DNA of 63,333 bases, filler included, from Octopus bimaculoides (Eukaryota), in the NCBI RefSeq assembly GCF_001194135.2. It is 4 parts of 4 records of this genome, joined end to end, with 100 filler letters (N's around TTAATTAATTAA, not from the genome) between each part and the next. Parts side by side here need not be neighbours in the genome. Positions count along the whole stretch, not along the records: positions 1 to 16,973 come from NC_068998.1; positions 17,074 to 40,385 come from NC_069000.1; 2 more parts are not named here. One strand, given 5' to 3'. Positions 13,486 to 26,394 of this stretch are shown one piece after another (the first letter of the stretch is position 1; each line of letters begins with the position of its first letter). The notes beneath the pieces were generated by a model, which saw nothing but the letters and a program-made list of their open reading frames with translations, searched no databases and was not told where the DNA came from. The position numbers and the translations under genes are program-made.

Positions 13486-14756
13486 NNNNNNNNNNNNNNN
13501 NNNNNNNNNNNNNNNNNNNNNNNNNNNNNNNNNNNNNNNNNNNNNNNNNNNNNNNNNNNNNNNNNNNNNNNNNNNNNNNNNNNNNNNNNNNNNNNNNNNN
13601 NNNNNNNNNNNNNNNNNNNNNNNNNNNNNNNNNNNNNNNNNNNNNNNNNNNNNNNNNNNNNNNNNNNNNNNNNNATATATATATATATATATATAGACAC
13701 GTACTCATATATATGTAAATACATATATATGTGTTTATATATATATTTATTTACATACACAAACGCATATATATATTTAATAATAAGTGATACATGTGTG
13801 TATGTGTCTCTGTTTCTATAAATACACACATACTCATATAAATACCTACATACGTCCATTTATAATTGCACGCCTTGACACGTCTTAAATATATCATTTG
13901 TTATCGTTCGCTTTGAAAAAAAAATGCTTATGTTACACATTTGTCTATTTGACGGAACATTGTATTTCATTAGCAAAACATTTTTCCCGTTGGAAGACCA
14001 AAGAAACTAGATCACACACATAAATATATAGCTTTATGCTTGTTTTATTATATCAACATAATACTGAATAAATTGTTTCCGCCGTCCTTTCCCCAAATTT
14101 TAAATTTCATATATTGTTTAATGCTATTACGCTTCACTTAAACAATTAAGAGCGTCATATTTCTTATCTTTAAATTTATTACACACACAAAAAAAAAACG
14201 AACTACAAAACAGAAAAGAAAAAAACCGACTGGCGCCATTTTTAATTTTGATTTAGGTTTCTTGGTTTGGTTGGTTTTGGTTGATTGGTTGATTTTTTTT
14301 TCTTTCTGTTATTTATCTGCAGACGTTTGATTTCATTAAAGGCGTTGAGAGTTAATCAGTTTCCTTTAAATAATCAACCGCCAAAATAAGTTATGAAGAA
14401 AGTTTAATTTTAGGCAAATAAACTACGCTTTTCTGGTAAGTTGCCATTTTATATTTTGGTCTCCATTGCTAATTTCAAAACAAAGACCGCACAAACGCCC
14501 ACACACACACAAACGCAAATACACATACACATACATACTCACATGCAAATACGACATACATTCATGCAAACACATCAATTATTTGCATACTGTATAAACA
14601 TTCATAATGTGATATTTACCGACCTGTTTTTGCTCAGTTCCCTAGCATAGAGGACAGCATATAGTTAAGAACATCGCTGATCACAACCCTAGGATCATGT
14701 TGGACATACGAACTGAAAAGACTTCACACCATTCATTATCAAGTCACATATGTATG

Positions 14757-15240
14757 TACAAGCTGACGTACCCGGTAATTCCTGGGAAAGCGGGGCTTAT
14801 CCCTTGATTCCGTTCTCATAATTGTTTCGCTAATCCAGTAACAATACAAAGTATTTAGTCCTTAAAACGGTTTTTGTGCATTTATTGAGAATACTGAACT
14901 GTCTTAAACAGGATCTTGCTTTTAGGAATTCCCAATAAGTTATGAAAACCCAAATTGTGAAGTCAGTTATGTAATAACATGAAATGAATTACCCGATAGT
15001 AAGAATTCAAATAAAGTGCAGGCGCAATGGGTTATTTCTCTTGGTTATATGAGGTAGATATAAAGATCCCTTCCAGGGGCCGTATTATCGATTTTTTTCA
15101 ACAATCTAAGTATTTCACGAGGTTTCCAGACATGAATTCTACTCACGTGTCAAGTTTCATCAAAATCAATAAAACGATGTAGGAGTTAGCTAACAACGCC
15201 ACAAACAAACACACACCGATTTTCCACATATGTAATAGAT
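14757..15240 (+). mobile_element. Non-autonomous Helitron-like element (Lep1/HINE-type ends)
   Basis: Starts ACAAGCTGACGTACCCGGTAATTCC and ends AAGTTTCATCAAAATC...ACAAACAAAC...ATATGTAATAGAT, the typical layout of such elements (recalled, not aligned). Confidence 0.6.
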
Positions 15241-15245
15241 ATGGC

Positions 15246-15303
<58 letters not shown>

Positions 15304-15768
15304 TTATTAGTGCATATGCATATCTATTAGTGCACATGCATGTGTCAGTGTGTGTGTGCAAATATATATGCACATTATACACGTATAAGAACGTTTGTGT
15401 ACATGCGCCTGCATATGCATATGTATAACGCGTGTATTCGTGCATATGAATTGATATAGACGTGTATATGTCAACATATATATCTTATAATCATACATAC
15501 ATACGTAGGTACGTACATACATGAATACATCTAGAAACCAGATCCATACATACATACATACCGCTGCTTATAGCCGAAACAGCTGTAAGCCAATGAAGAT
15601 TATTACATAGCCTTTGTTTCTTCCGGTGTCATCTCTTTGTTCTTATTACCATTCTATACTCATCTAGCATAGGAATATAGGAATATTTCGTTCTACGTCA
15701 GGTTATTAGTTCCGCTATACCTAAGCGAAATATATATATGTTATATATATCATATATTTATAAACCCT

Positions 15769-15985
15769 CATTTGGAATACAATACAAGGCTAGTAATTTC
15801 GGAGCAGGGGCTAAGTTTATTACGTCGACCCAGGTGCGCAACTTGTGCTTATTTTACCGACCCAGAAAGGATGAAAGGCGAAGTCGACCTCGGCCGAATT
15901 CGAACTCAGGGCATAAGGACGGATGAAACACCGCTAAGCATTTTGCCTCTGCGTGTTAACGAGTCTGCCAGCTTGCCATCCTTTA
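15769..15985 (-). mobile_element. tRNA-derived SINE family B
   Basis: Minus strand GGCAAGCTGGCAGA...CTGAGTTCGAATTCGGCCGAGGTCGACTTCGCCTTTCATCCTTTCTGGGTCGGTAAAATAAG; homologous to 17998-18198. Confidence 0.88.
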
Positions 15986-16155
15986 ATATAAATAAGATTA
16001 ATAACCAACTATATATGCCAACGTTCCATAAATCGATACCATATGTATTTATATATATGCGTGTGTGTGTGTGTGTGTGCGTGTCTGTTTGTATGGGTGC
16101 GTGTGCGTGTCTGTGCACGCGTGGGCACATATACGTATGTATGTATGTATGTATG

Positions 16156-16218
<63 letters not shown>

Positions 16219-16258
16219 GTACACACAAACACACACACATATATATGAGGTCGTCCAT

Positions 16259-16293
<35 letters not shown>

Positions 16294-16903
16294 TCACCAA
16301 CATCACGTATTTATCAATATCATATCCCGTGATATATCCATTGCTTTATTTATTTCCTTCCATTTTGTTTTATTTTTATTTTATTCTATTTTATTTGTTT
16401 TCATCCATGATATACAATATTTATTAATATATATATCTCTATTCATCATCATAATGTTGAACCTGGTCAAACGAAATCAATAATAGCGCTCGTCAATAAC
16501 TTTGGTAATCAATCGCAGATTATTTGATTTGATCAATACCGTCATATTTATCAGCTAATCCTTCGAGGGTGGATTGGGTAGAAATGATAGACGCCTGATC
16601 GCAGTTCTAATTTTGATGGATTTTTTTTCATTTCTTTCTTTTTTTTTTTTTTTTTTTTTTTTCTTTTTTCGTTATTTCAGATATTTGCTTTTTGGTATAT
16701 TTTAGTCACGGTCTTTTACTCTCCGAGTTCAAACCCTGAGAAGCTTCTGGTGGGAGAATGTTGACTTATATCCTTTTCTTCATTCACTCGTTCGAGTCAT
16801 TGGATTGTGACCAGGCGATGGTACTGCATCGAAGGGTTTTAGTCGAACGAGTAAACTCCAGTCATTTTTAAAAAAGAACAAAAAAAAAAAAAGAATTTGA
16901 TAT

Positions 16904-16973
16904 GTAGGAGTGGTTGTGTGGTAAGTAGCTTGCTTACCAACCACATGGTTCCGGGTTCAGTCCTACTGCGTGG
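16904..16973 (+). mobile_element. SINE family A head, cut by a gap
   Basis: Matches 58-130. Confidence 0.88.
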
Positions 16974-17073
16974 NNNNNNNNNNNNNNNNNNNNNNNNNNN
17001 NNNNNNNNNNNNNNNNNTTAATTAATTAANNNNNNNNNNNNNNNNNNNNNNNNNNNNNNNNNNNNNNNNNNNN

Positions 17074-17106
<33 letters not shown>

Positions 17107-17159
17107 TATCTATATACATATATATATAAATGGAGCAAAAACGCAATAGAGAGCTTTAA

Positions 17160-17545
17160 AACGTTCGGACAGTTAGACGATACAAAAGCGGACAAGAGAA
17201 ACGACAATTAGGACAGGCAAAAAAAGACGGGTCATTCTTGGATTTCTTTCATCAGTCAAGTACCAGAAATTACGACCATTTCGGGCAGTTACACTTGTAA
17301 TGGTTCGATCTGGTTGTCCCCAAAAAATCTAAGCTAAGAGCATTAGACCCCTTTGTAATAATGTGTACGGCAACAAAGACAAAAAAATCAAACAAACAAA
17401 AGAAATCGGTGATCATGGTACGCTATTACGAATACAAATAACATAGATTAGTTCGATAATGCAAATATGTTAATAGTTACCAGGGTAGCAAAAATCACCC
17501 CAAAACTGGGATGTTATACCCGGTTAAGGGGTAGAAATTCCATGT
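17160..17545 (-). mobile_element. Probable Tc1/mariner-type non-autonomous DNA element fragment
   Basis: TA-CCCCTTAACCGGGTATAAC terminus on the minus strand. The internal TTACAAAGGGGTCTAATGCTCTTAGCTTAGA recurs at about 41235-41268. Confidence 0.45.
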
Positions 17546-17997
17546 TAAAGTGATGTATTTTGAGTTACTTTATATATATACTTTATATATNNNNNNNNNN
17601 NNNNNNNNNNNNNNNNNNNNNNNNNNNNNNNNNNNNNNNNNNNNNNNNNNNNNNNNNNNNNNNNNNNNNNNNNNNNNNNNNNNNNNNNNNNNNNNNNNNN
17701 NNNNNNNNNNNNNNNNNNNNNNNNNNNNNNNNNNNNNNNNNNNNNNNNNNNNNNNNNNNNNNNNNNNNNNNNNNNNNNNNNNNNNNNNNNNNNNNNNNNN
17801 NNNNNNNNTATATATTTATAGATTTATTCATATGTATATGTATGTGCATTCGTGTGTATGTGTATGAATATGTATGTGTATGAATATGTATGTGTATGTA
17901 TGTGCATTTGTGCGTGTGTGTCAATGACCGAGCGATCGATTCTGTGAGACAATATGTGAACAACTGTCTATGAATGTGTATAATGTATTTGCAGGTC

Positions 17998-18198
17998 AAG
18001 GCGGTGAGCTGGCAGAAACGTCAGTTTAGCGGTATTTCACCCGTCTTTACGTTCTGAGTTCAAATTCCGACGAGGCCGACTTTGCCTTTCATCCTTTCGG
18101 GGTCGGTAAATAAAGTACCAGTTGCGTTCTGGGGTCGATCTAATCGATTGGCCCCCACCCCAAAAATTTCGGGCCTGGTGCCTAGAGTAGAAAAGAAT
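17998..18198 (+). mobile_element. SINE family B with Deu/Nin-like central domain
   Basis: GGCGGTGAGCTGGCAGAA A box and GAGTTCAAATTCC B box, then GACTTTGCCTTTCATCCTTTCGGGGTCGGTAAATAAAGTACC, which resembles the Deu/Nin SINE core (recalled). Confidence 0.88.
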
Positions 18199-18268
18199 GT
18201 ACTTGTAGGTCGAATGCATAAATGTACGTGGCGTGAGGTGTGCGCTTTGCGTGGTTGTTTGTGTGTAT

Positions 18269-18375
18269 GTGTCTGTGGAGTGCTCGGCCACTCTGTGCGT
18301 TAATTTCACGAGCAGGCTGTTCCGTTGATTGGATCAACTGGAACCCTCGTCGTCGCAACCGACGGAGTGCCACGA
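18269..18375 (+). mobile_element. SINE family C 3' end (5'-truncated)
   Basis: Matches the reverse complement of 12477-12590. Confidence 0.88.
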
Positions 18376-18933
18376 CATACATACAAAAATACATACACAT
18401 ATATACATGCACGCACACACACACATACACACACACACACACANNNNNNNNNNNNNNNNNNNNNNNNNNNNNNNNNNNNNNNNNNNNNNNNNNNNNNNNN
18501 NNNNNNNNNNNNNNNNNNNNNNNNNNNNNNNNNNNNNNNNNNNNNNNNNNNNNNNNNNNNNNNNNNNNNNNNNNNNNNNNNNNNNNNNNNNNNNNNNNNN
18601 NNNNNNNNNNNNNNNNNNNNNNNNNNNNNNNNNNNNNNNNNNNNNNNNNNNNNNNNNNNNNNNNNNNNNNNNNNNNNNNNNNNNNNNNNNNNNNNNNNNN
18701 NNNNNNNNNNNNNNNNNNNNNNNNNNNNNNNNNNNNNNNNNNNNNNNNNNNNNNNNNNNNNNNNNNNNNNNNNNNNNNNNNNNNNNNNNNNNNNNNNNNN
18801 NNNNNNNNNNNNNNNNNNNNNNNNNNNNNNNNNNNNNNNNNNNNNNNNNNNNNNNNNNNNNNNNNNNNNNNNNNNNNNNNNNNNNNNNNNTCATATATAT
18901 ATGTGTGTGTGTGTATATGTATATATACATATA

Positions 18934-18974
<41 letters not shown>

Positions 18975-20298
18975 ATATATATATATATATATATTTATTT
19001 ATACACTCAAGTAAAAATCCGCCTTTATCTATCTGAAACTATGAAACTTAAGAAGAATATGAGGAAAAAACCTGGAGAAAAACGCCAGAATAAACAGCAG
19101 CAACAACAACAACAACAACAGCATTGAAGAAGTAAATGAATAAATAAATAATCACAAAGAACTTCATTTGTTTGCTGCTCATAATGAATGACGTTGAAAA
19201 GAGTTTGTGATTGGGAAACCATTTGTCTATCGTCTACTTCATCCCAAAGCCAAACGATAGGAGCTGTGTTAATATAAAGCTGATTCTAATTGGAAGCTTG
19301 GTCTTGTTTTAAACTAATAATGATAGTATTTAGAATAATAGACAACTTGGAGACGTCTGATGAACAGACGACAGTCTCCGCTTTGAACGAGATCTTTGTC
19401 AGAAAGGCTGATCGTGAAACGCCACGAAACGTCAGTGTAGTGCCAGGCCAAGCAGAAAGCACAACGAGCAAAACAAATAATACAGCTTAGATCTTTGTTA
19501 TACACATAAACATATGGCGAAGTGGTGAAGTCGTATCTGTTGGAACCTTCTGCACTCTGTGTTCGAAAACCACCGAGGTCAGTTTTGCTTTTCATCTTTC
19601 ATCTTTTTCGGAGACGGTAAAAATCTACGAATCCCAGGCGTTTGATTGACGAAACTGTAAGGACGTCGGACTTGATGTGTCTTCCGGTATTGTGAGGTGG
19701 GTGTAGGCGATGGGGGATGCTCCTTGCGTTCTGAGTTCAAATCCCGCCATGAACTGCTTAAGTATTAACTTGATGAGTGTGTGTGTGTGTGTGCTTTTGC
19801 GCGCCTTCAGGTGGCGCTACATCAACGACTGGCCAAATGAACGGTGCATTGTGCATTTTTAAATAACAACTCACACTTGCAAATGCACAGATTTCTTTTC
19901 ATTGAATTTTTCATTTTGCATCAGTAAAATACCCGAAGTAGCCAAATAAATCAATTTTAAATGACATTTTAATAGAAAAGAATGTTTTAGGCACAGTGAA
20001 CTTCTATTGGAGTAGATATGCTTAGAGGCATCGCCATTTGTGATGCCTGCGCATGATGGATGAGGAGATAATCAGCGTAGATTTACCCCATCATTTTAAT
20101 GTGGGAAGGTTATCGCCGAGACAAGTATTAGGTAAGATTTTATCTTTGTGAGAGAAAATAGTCGATGTTTTTAAAGAAAACAACCAGCGTTGTAAATTAT
20201 CAGATACAATTTTTCACTGAGATATTTGCTATAACGTCGAAACAAAATGAAGTATTTCATTGCAAGGCAGCAGCGGCAACAGCAGCGGCAACAGCAGC

Positions 20299-20333
<35 letters not shown>

Positions 20334-20384
20334 TAGCAGTAGTAGTAGTAGTAGTAGTAGTAGTAGAGTAAGACCTGGCATTTT

Positions 20385-20535
20385 TGGGTAAGGTTTTGTC
20401 TATTTCATCGACCGCAATGCTCAACTGATACTTTTATAATCGATCGCGAAAGGATGGAACGTAAACTCAGCCTCACTGGAATTTGAACTCAGAACGTAAA
20501 GACGGATGAAAAGCTGCTAAGCATTTTGTCCGGCG
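20385..20535 (-). mobile_element. SINE family B, diverged
   Basis: GAAAGGATG...GGAATTTGAACTCAGAACGTAAAGACGGATGAA...GCTAAGCATTTTG. Confidence 0.8.
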
Positions 20536-20602
20536 TATTAATTGTAACGTTTTTTTTTGTTTTCCTTGAATGGCTAACAAATATCTTCGAAGCCGCAATT
20601 GC

Positions 20603-20640
<38 letters not shown>

Positions 20641-20696
20641 AATATATATGTATATATACATACATATATATCTAAGTAGGTATGTATGTATGTATG

Positions 20697-20892
20697 TGTG
20701 TGCGTCTTTGCATCTGTTTATCCCCACCACCGTTTGACAACCGGTGTTAGTCTGCTTCCTTCCCTGTACCCTAGCGGTTCAGCAAAAAATTTCGATAGAA
20801 TATGTGTCAAACCTCAAAATTCATTCGCCTAAAATTTCTACAAGTCGGTGCTCCAGCATAACCACAGTCTAATGATTGAAACAAGTAAAAAA
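20697..20892 (+). mobile_element. SINE family A body and tail only
   Basis: Starts at a TG microsatellite: TTTGACAACCGGTG...AGCGGTTC...GGTGCTCCAGCAT...ATGATTGAAACAAGTAAAA. Confidence 0.82.
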
Positions 20893-21448
20893 TAAATAAA
20901 AAAACCCAAAACAAAACCAAAACCAAGATTTGTTTTTTTAAGATGAGGACGGATTTGTCAATATTTGACGGATATGTTCAATGAAACAGATTCTGGGAAG
21001 ATGAAATTGGTTTTGTCAGGATTTGAACGTTGGAAGCAGAAGGGAGAAGTCAAAGTGTTGCACCACTTTTAGCTAATGCTTTCCCGTTTTAAGGGGTTTG
21101 TAAGGGGATTGTGTTGTACTCAAGGTCGCCGCACGCCCCTCCGTAGAGGGCATCATATACCACCTTAAAAGATATCCGAAATCCATAACGCGAAATCAAT
21201 GGAGAATTCTTTGTATTTTGATCTTCACGTAACATTGATAAATTTTGATTGAGCTAATGACGCTTTATACACCATGTGTTTACACACAGACACATAGACA
21301 CACACAAGTACATATATATATATATATATCTACGCGTGTTTGTATGTGTTTGTGTGTAAGTATGTATAATAGTTCAGTTTAATGGAGAAAAAAATATAGA
21401 CACATCTGTATGAAAGAAAATGGAGGAAGGAATGTAATTAGGATGGTT

Positions 21449-21982
21449 CTAGAAGAAAGTGAACTTATGGTTAAATTCTGAATCGAGTTCGTCATAAATG
21501 AAAAAATCTTCAGTTACAGGAGACACTATCGATTCCTCAAATTCATTATCAGCTCGTATAACATGAGAATTCTGCATTTTTGAAACAGCAGGACTTTCGC
21601 AAATGTCGTGCGGATACAACTCCATCGTTTTTGCAATTAACGGCGAACGTAATTCCATCGTCTGATCGCTGGAATTTTTCCCGTTACAAGAACAATCTCC
21701 TGAAGCTCTACAGCAAAATGTATACGGCTTTGACTTTCTTCTCTCCGCTCTGGCATCGGTGGGCATTATCTCGTTTTCCCAAATTATCATAGACGACAGA
21801 CTGCTATTACTTTTCCTTTTCAAAATCCTCAGAGCGGGTATCGTGTATCTGTAACAATACAGTTTCTTACTGGTCCTGTATAAAAACCTTTTACATGATT
21901 CAAACACCAGTTTCAACAACTTGATTAAAGCGCTCATATGCTGATCACTCTTTATCCAGGCTGCCATATTAATCATCTTCAA
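21449..21982 (-). CDS. Candidate coding exon or orphan ORF (177 aa from TTG; frame open to about 22051), no recognised homologue
   Basis: The only long non-repetitive open frame in the window (about 200 codons in AT-rich DNA). It has a basic N-terminal half, a CCRASGDCSC segment and an acidic Ser-Pro C-terminus. No clear in-frame splice acceptor. Confidence 0.4.
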   Translation of the reverse strand: MKMINMAAWIKSDQHMSALIKLLKLVFESCKRFLYRTSKKLYCYRYTIPALRILKRKSNSSLSSMIIWENEIMPTDARAERRKSKPYTFCCRASGDCSCNGKNSSDQTMELRSPLIAKTMELYPHDICESPAVSKMQNSHVIRADNEFEESIVSPVTEDFFIYDELDSEFNHKFTFF

Positions 21983-22161
21983 TTTTCTTTCATTAATATA
22001 TTTTGAAGAATATTTTTGAGTGTTTTCTGTTAAGCTTTTTACTTCAGTAATTTATTGTACTTTTTTTTTCTATTTTATTTGAACGAATATTTATTTTACA
22101 GGAGTAAATACTGGAATATTCACAAGTTTCTTCATCCTTCCATTGTTCATTTGTTTCTTAC

Positions 22162-22194
22162 ATTCGCGCTTCTGCGGGGGATTTCACGAAGTTC
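22162..22194 (-). other. Candidate 33-nt micro-exon
   Basis: Minus strand: TACTAAT branch-like site, pyrimidine tract, CAG acceptor, 33 nt (ELREIPRRSAN in phase 0), then GTAAGA donor. Such signals also arise by chance in AT-rich DNA. Confidence 0.25.
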
Positions 22195-22409
22195 CTGTTC
22201 ATGAAAGGAAGAAGTAACCGCATTAGTAAAGAAAAAGAAAAACAAGAACATTCCATAAGTAAGACAAATTTTCGTGGGGCCTAAATGTTTAGGAGGGGGT
22301 AAAAGGGATGTTTTGAAGTTCATGATACTTTTTGCTGATTGGTTGTAGAAAAGTCAAGGATGTCAGTTACGTCATTGAACCCGTTCTCTACATAAGCGTA
22401 ACGCTCTGG

Positions 22410-22574
22410 CACGAGGACAGCAATTTCTGGGAAGGGGTTAAGTCGATTATATCAACCCCAGCACGTGACTGGCGCTTATTTTATCAACCCCGAAAGAATT
22501 AAAGGTAAGTCGAACGTAAAGACGGATTAAATGCCGCTAAGCATTCGTTCTGGCATACTAACGAATCTACAACC
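22410..22574 (-). mobile_element. SINE family B with internal deletion
   Basis: Homology to other B copies. Confidence 0.78.
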
Positions 22575-22729
22575 AGGCGTGGTCGTGTGGCAAGAAGCTT
22601 GCTTCGCAACCACATCGTCCTGGGTTCAGTCCCACTGCGTGGCACCTTGGGCAAGTGTCTTCTACTATAGCCTCGGGCCGACCAAAGCCTTGTGAGTAGA
22701 TTTGGCAGACGGAAACTGAAAGAAGCCCG

Positions 22730-22731
<2 letters not shown>
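22575..22731 (+). mobile_element. SINE family A head ending in (TA)n
   Basis: Near-identical to 58-218. Confidence 0.9.
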
Positions 22732-22817
<86 letters not shown>

Positions 22818-23305
22818 GTGTGTGTATGTATATATGTATCTATCTGTCTATACACGCCCTCATATATACATAATTATGCATGCATAATAATATATGTGTG
22901 TATGTGTGTGTGTAAGAAATAATTAAAAATAGCAGGCACAAATGTTTATGCTCAAATTATAAAAAGACTTGTCACTTACTAAATCGTACAATTTCCAAAC
23001 TTTGTTTCCGACAAAATTTCCCACCCTGTTATAGAAAATAATAACGTTTAAAATCAAGTTTTTTTTTCTCAACATCAACTGATAGAATTCAACTCATTCT
23101 GTTTGCCGAATAAAATAGAAATCTTTCGAAACGTTTTATTTTATTTTATTTTTACCTATTCTTTCTCTCTCTTTCTCCGTTTGACTGCGTTCTATTCCTG
23201 ACGTCATAAACTATAAGTAACGTGAAGTTGAACGAATGACGAGAAAATAGTTATTCTTTGAACAACATCGTCCGACCTGATCTTTTATATGCAAATGTGT
23301 ATTGT

Positions 23306-23520
23306 GAAGGCACGTGGCCAAGTGGTTACAGTGTTGCGCTCATGATCATGAGATTGTGGTTTCAATTCCTGGACTGGGTGATGCGTTGTGCTCTTGAGCA
23401 AAACACAATTTCACATTGCTCCAGTCCGACGAGCCATAAAATGACTGACCCAATCACAGATGGGCGTCCCGTTCAAGGGGCATGTTGTGATCTTGGTCAC
23501 TTACACGCCACAGCAGCCGT
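23306..23520 (+). mobile_element. SINE family D
   Basis: GAAGGCACGTGGCCAAGTGGTTA...GGTTTCAATTCC...GCTCTTGAGCAAAACAC...GATGGGCGTCCCGTTCAAGGGG; homologous to 1322-1569. Confidence 0.75.
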
Positions 23521-23896
23521 GTAGCTGGCCTTATTAGTCCTCGCGTTCAACGATTGGCTGAACAATTTCTTGCGATGTACAGTCAGAGACTTTCTGCAGT
23601 TGAAGGAGGCAAGGGAGGTGAGATCACACTGGAGTAGGTTTTCGAGTTGTGTGTTCTTGGGAGCAATGTAATTTTGGGGTGAGGTGTTTCAGTTGCATGG
23701 GTATGAGGGTTGACTGGCGAAGTTTACTGAGGGGTCGGGGAGTAACGTGTTATCAACTCCAGAGGAGTGGACGTTGTTGCCATTGTAAGTAATGCCATTG
23801 TAAACAAGTAGGATATTATGAGATAAAAAATGTCACTCTGTCTCTCTGGCATTTTGTCTTTTTGTCATTCTGTCTGTCTATCCATCCACCCATCTA

Positions 23897-23941
<45 letters not shown>

Positions 23942-23942
23942 C

Positions 23943-24036
<94 letters not shown>

Positions 24037-24689
24037 GTCTGTGTATCTGTTTGTTTCTCTGTCTATCTATTTCTATGTCTGTCCGCCTATCTTTTTGTAT
24101 GTCAGTCTGTGTCTATTTACATATTCATATGTCTATCCTCCTGTCTATCTATCTGTCTGTCTGTCTTATGCTATGTATTTACACGTAAATGTGCGTAGCT
24201 TTTGTCTTCTGCATGTTCAGTACTTCACTCCCTACTTTCAAGACATGTCAGTAACCTAATATTCGATATAATAACCACTCCCTGTCCAGATAAAGTCTAA
24301 ACCTTGATTACTAACACTAAGAAAAGACATGTTTGTCATATTTTGATGGTTATTTCAGTTCGTCGATAATCTTATATTTCGAGTATTTATGTTGAGGTTG
24401 AATCTAGGAAATATTATTCTAAATAAATTCCCACCACCTCTCTCACACACCTACACACATATACCTGCTAAAACAACTGCATCCATGCAAACATACACAC
24501 GTATATATTATTTCACTCTTTTATTTGTTTCAGTCATTTGACTGCGGTCATGCTGGAGCTTCGCCTTTAGATACTTTTTGTATCTTATTCCAGTCATTAC
24601 TTCTACATTTAGGGCAGGTACCACTGGTTTCATTACTTATAATGGTATCTAACTTCTTTCTAACACCCCTGTATACCCGAATCCTATCT

Positions 24690-25058
<369 letters not shown>

Positions 25059-25253
25059 GCATTAAAGCATGTAGCGATAGATATCAATGTACATGCATCT
25101 ATCTATCTATCTATCTATCTTCCTATCTATACATATATACATATAATACATGTACATATACATATTCGTACACCCATACACATACTAATATACACATTTG
25201 GTGAGAGAATAATAATGCAAGAGAGAGAGAAACAAAATAGAGAGGGAGAAAGA

Positions 25254-25289
<36 letters not shown>

Positions 25290-25564
25290 GAGAGAGAGAG
25301 AAAGAGAGGAGGAGAGGGAGATAAATGGGTGAGATAATAATTATTATCAACTTCGGAAACGTAATATAGGTTAACGGCAGTAGCTCCTGCATCTGCTTCA
25401 ATCTGATTGGTCAATTCAACAGAATTAAACGTAGCAGAGACGTCAACACTTGACATTAAAAAAATGCAACCACTTTTTCATTAAACGAGAGCAGTTTAGC
25501 AGCTTAGCATCGTAGACACTAGCACGTTTGAATGCAAGACCGTTTTTTTCATATACATATATGA

Positions 25565-25624
<60 letters not shown>

Positions 25625-25711
25625 ACATATATAAATACGATTTGTTTAGCTAAAAAATTCTTCGAGACGGTGCCTTAGTATGGCCGCATGTATACATCTA
25701 TATGTATACGC

Positions 25712-25757
<46 letters not shown>

Positions 25758-26170
25758 GTGTGGGTGTGTGTGTGTGTGTGCGTGCGTTCGTGTGTGTGTG
25801 TATATATATGTGTTTGTGTGTAAATGGGTGAGATAATAATTATTATAAACTTAGGAAATATACACACACACACACCAGATGGAAACACGCAGACATAATT
25901 ACTGGTCTGTGAGATCACGTAGATACATCCATCCATTCATACTCACACGCACGCATACGGGCAATGCATACACATACACGCGCGCTCGCACGCGCACAGA
26001 CACAAACACATACATACACACATACACGCACAGACACACACATACGCTCACATCTCTCTCTCTCTGTCCTGGCTTGATTTACGCGTTTAGGCTTAGCAGC
26101 CTTCCTGTTTCTTTTCACTGTTCTGTTTGTGTTACCAATTTTGACCCTCCGCAAAATCCCAAATTTTATT

Positions 26171-26386
26171 GCTTGCTTCCCAACCACATGGTTCCGGGTT
26201 CAGTCCCTCTGCGTGGCGCCTTCTATTATAGCCTCGGGCTGACCAAAGCCTTGTGAGTGGATTTGGTAGACGGAAATTGAAAGAAGTCCGTCGTATATAT
26301 AAATGTATATATTTATGTGTATGTGTGTCTGTCTTTGTCCACCCCCCCACACCATCGCTTGACAACCGATGCTGGTGTGTTTACGC
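26171..26386 (+). mobile_element. SINE family A (head, microsatellite, start of body), abutting the HERO-like fragment
   Basis: Homology to 45996-46352. Confidence 0.88.
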
Positions 26387-26394
26387 CAGATCCA

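Noticed and set aside
17018-17029. TTAATTAATTAA inside N runs (also 40430-40441 and 52373-52384)
   Set aside because: Each has exactly 44 N + 12 bp + 44 N = 100. It is an artificial six-frame-stop scaffolding linker and not biological. Order and adjacency across these joins are uncertain.
19348-19435. CTGATGA...GAAACGTC as a hammerhead
   Set aside because: The spacing is too long and I could not pair a convincing stem II or stem I.
22102-22258. Plus-strand exon between TTTTACAG and GTAAGA
   Set aside because: All three frames contain stops. It shows that splice-like signals arise by chance here.
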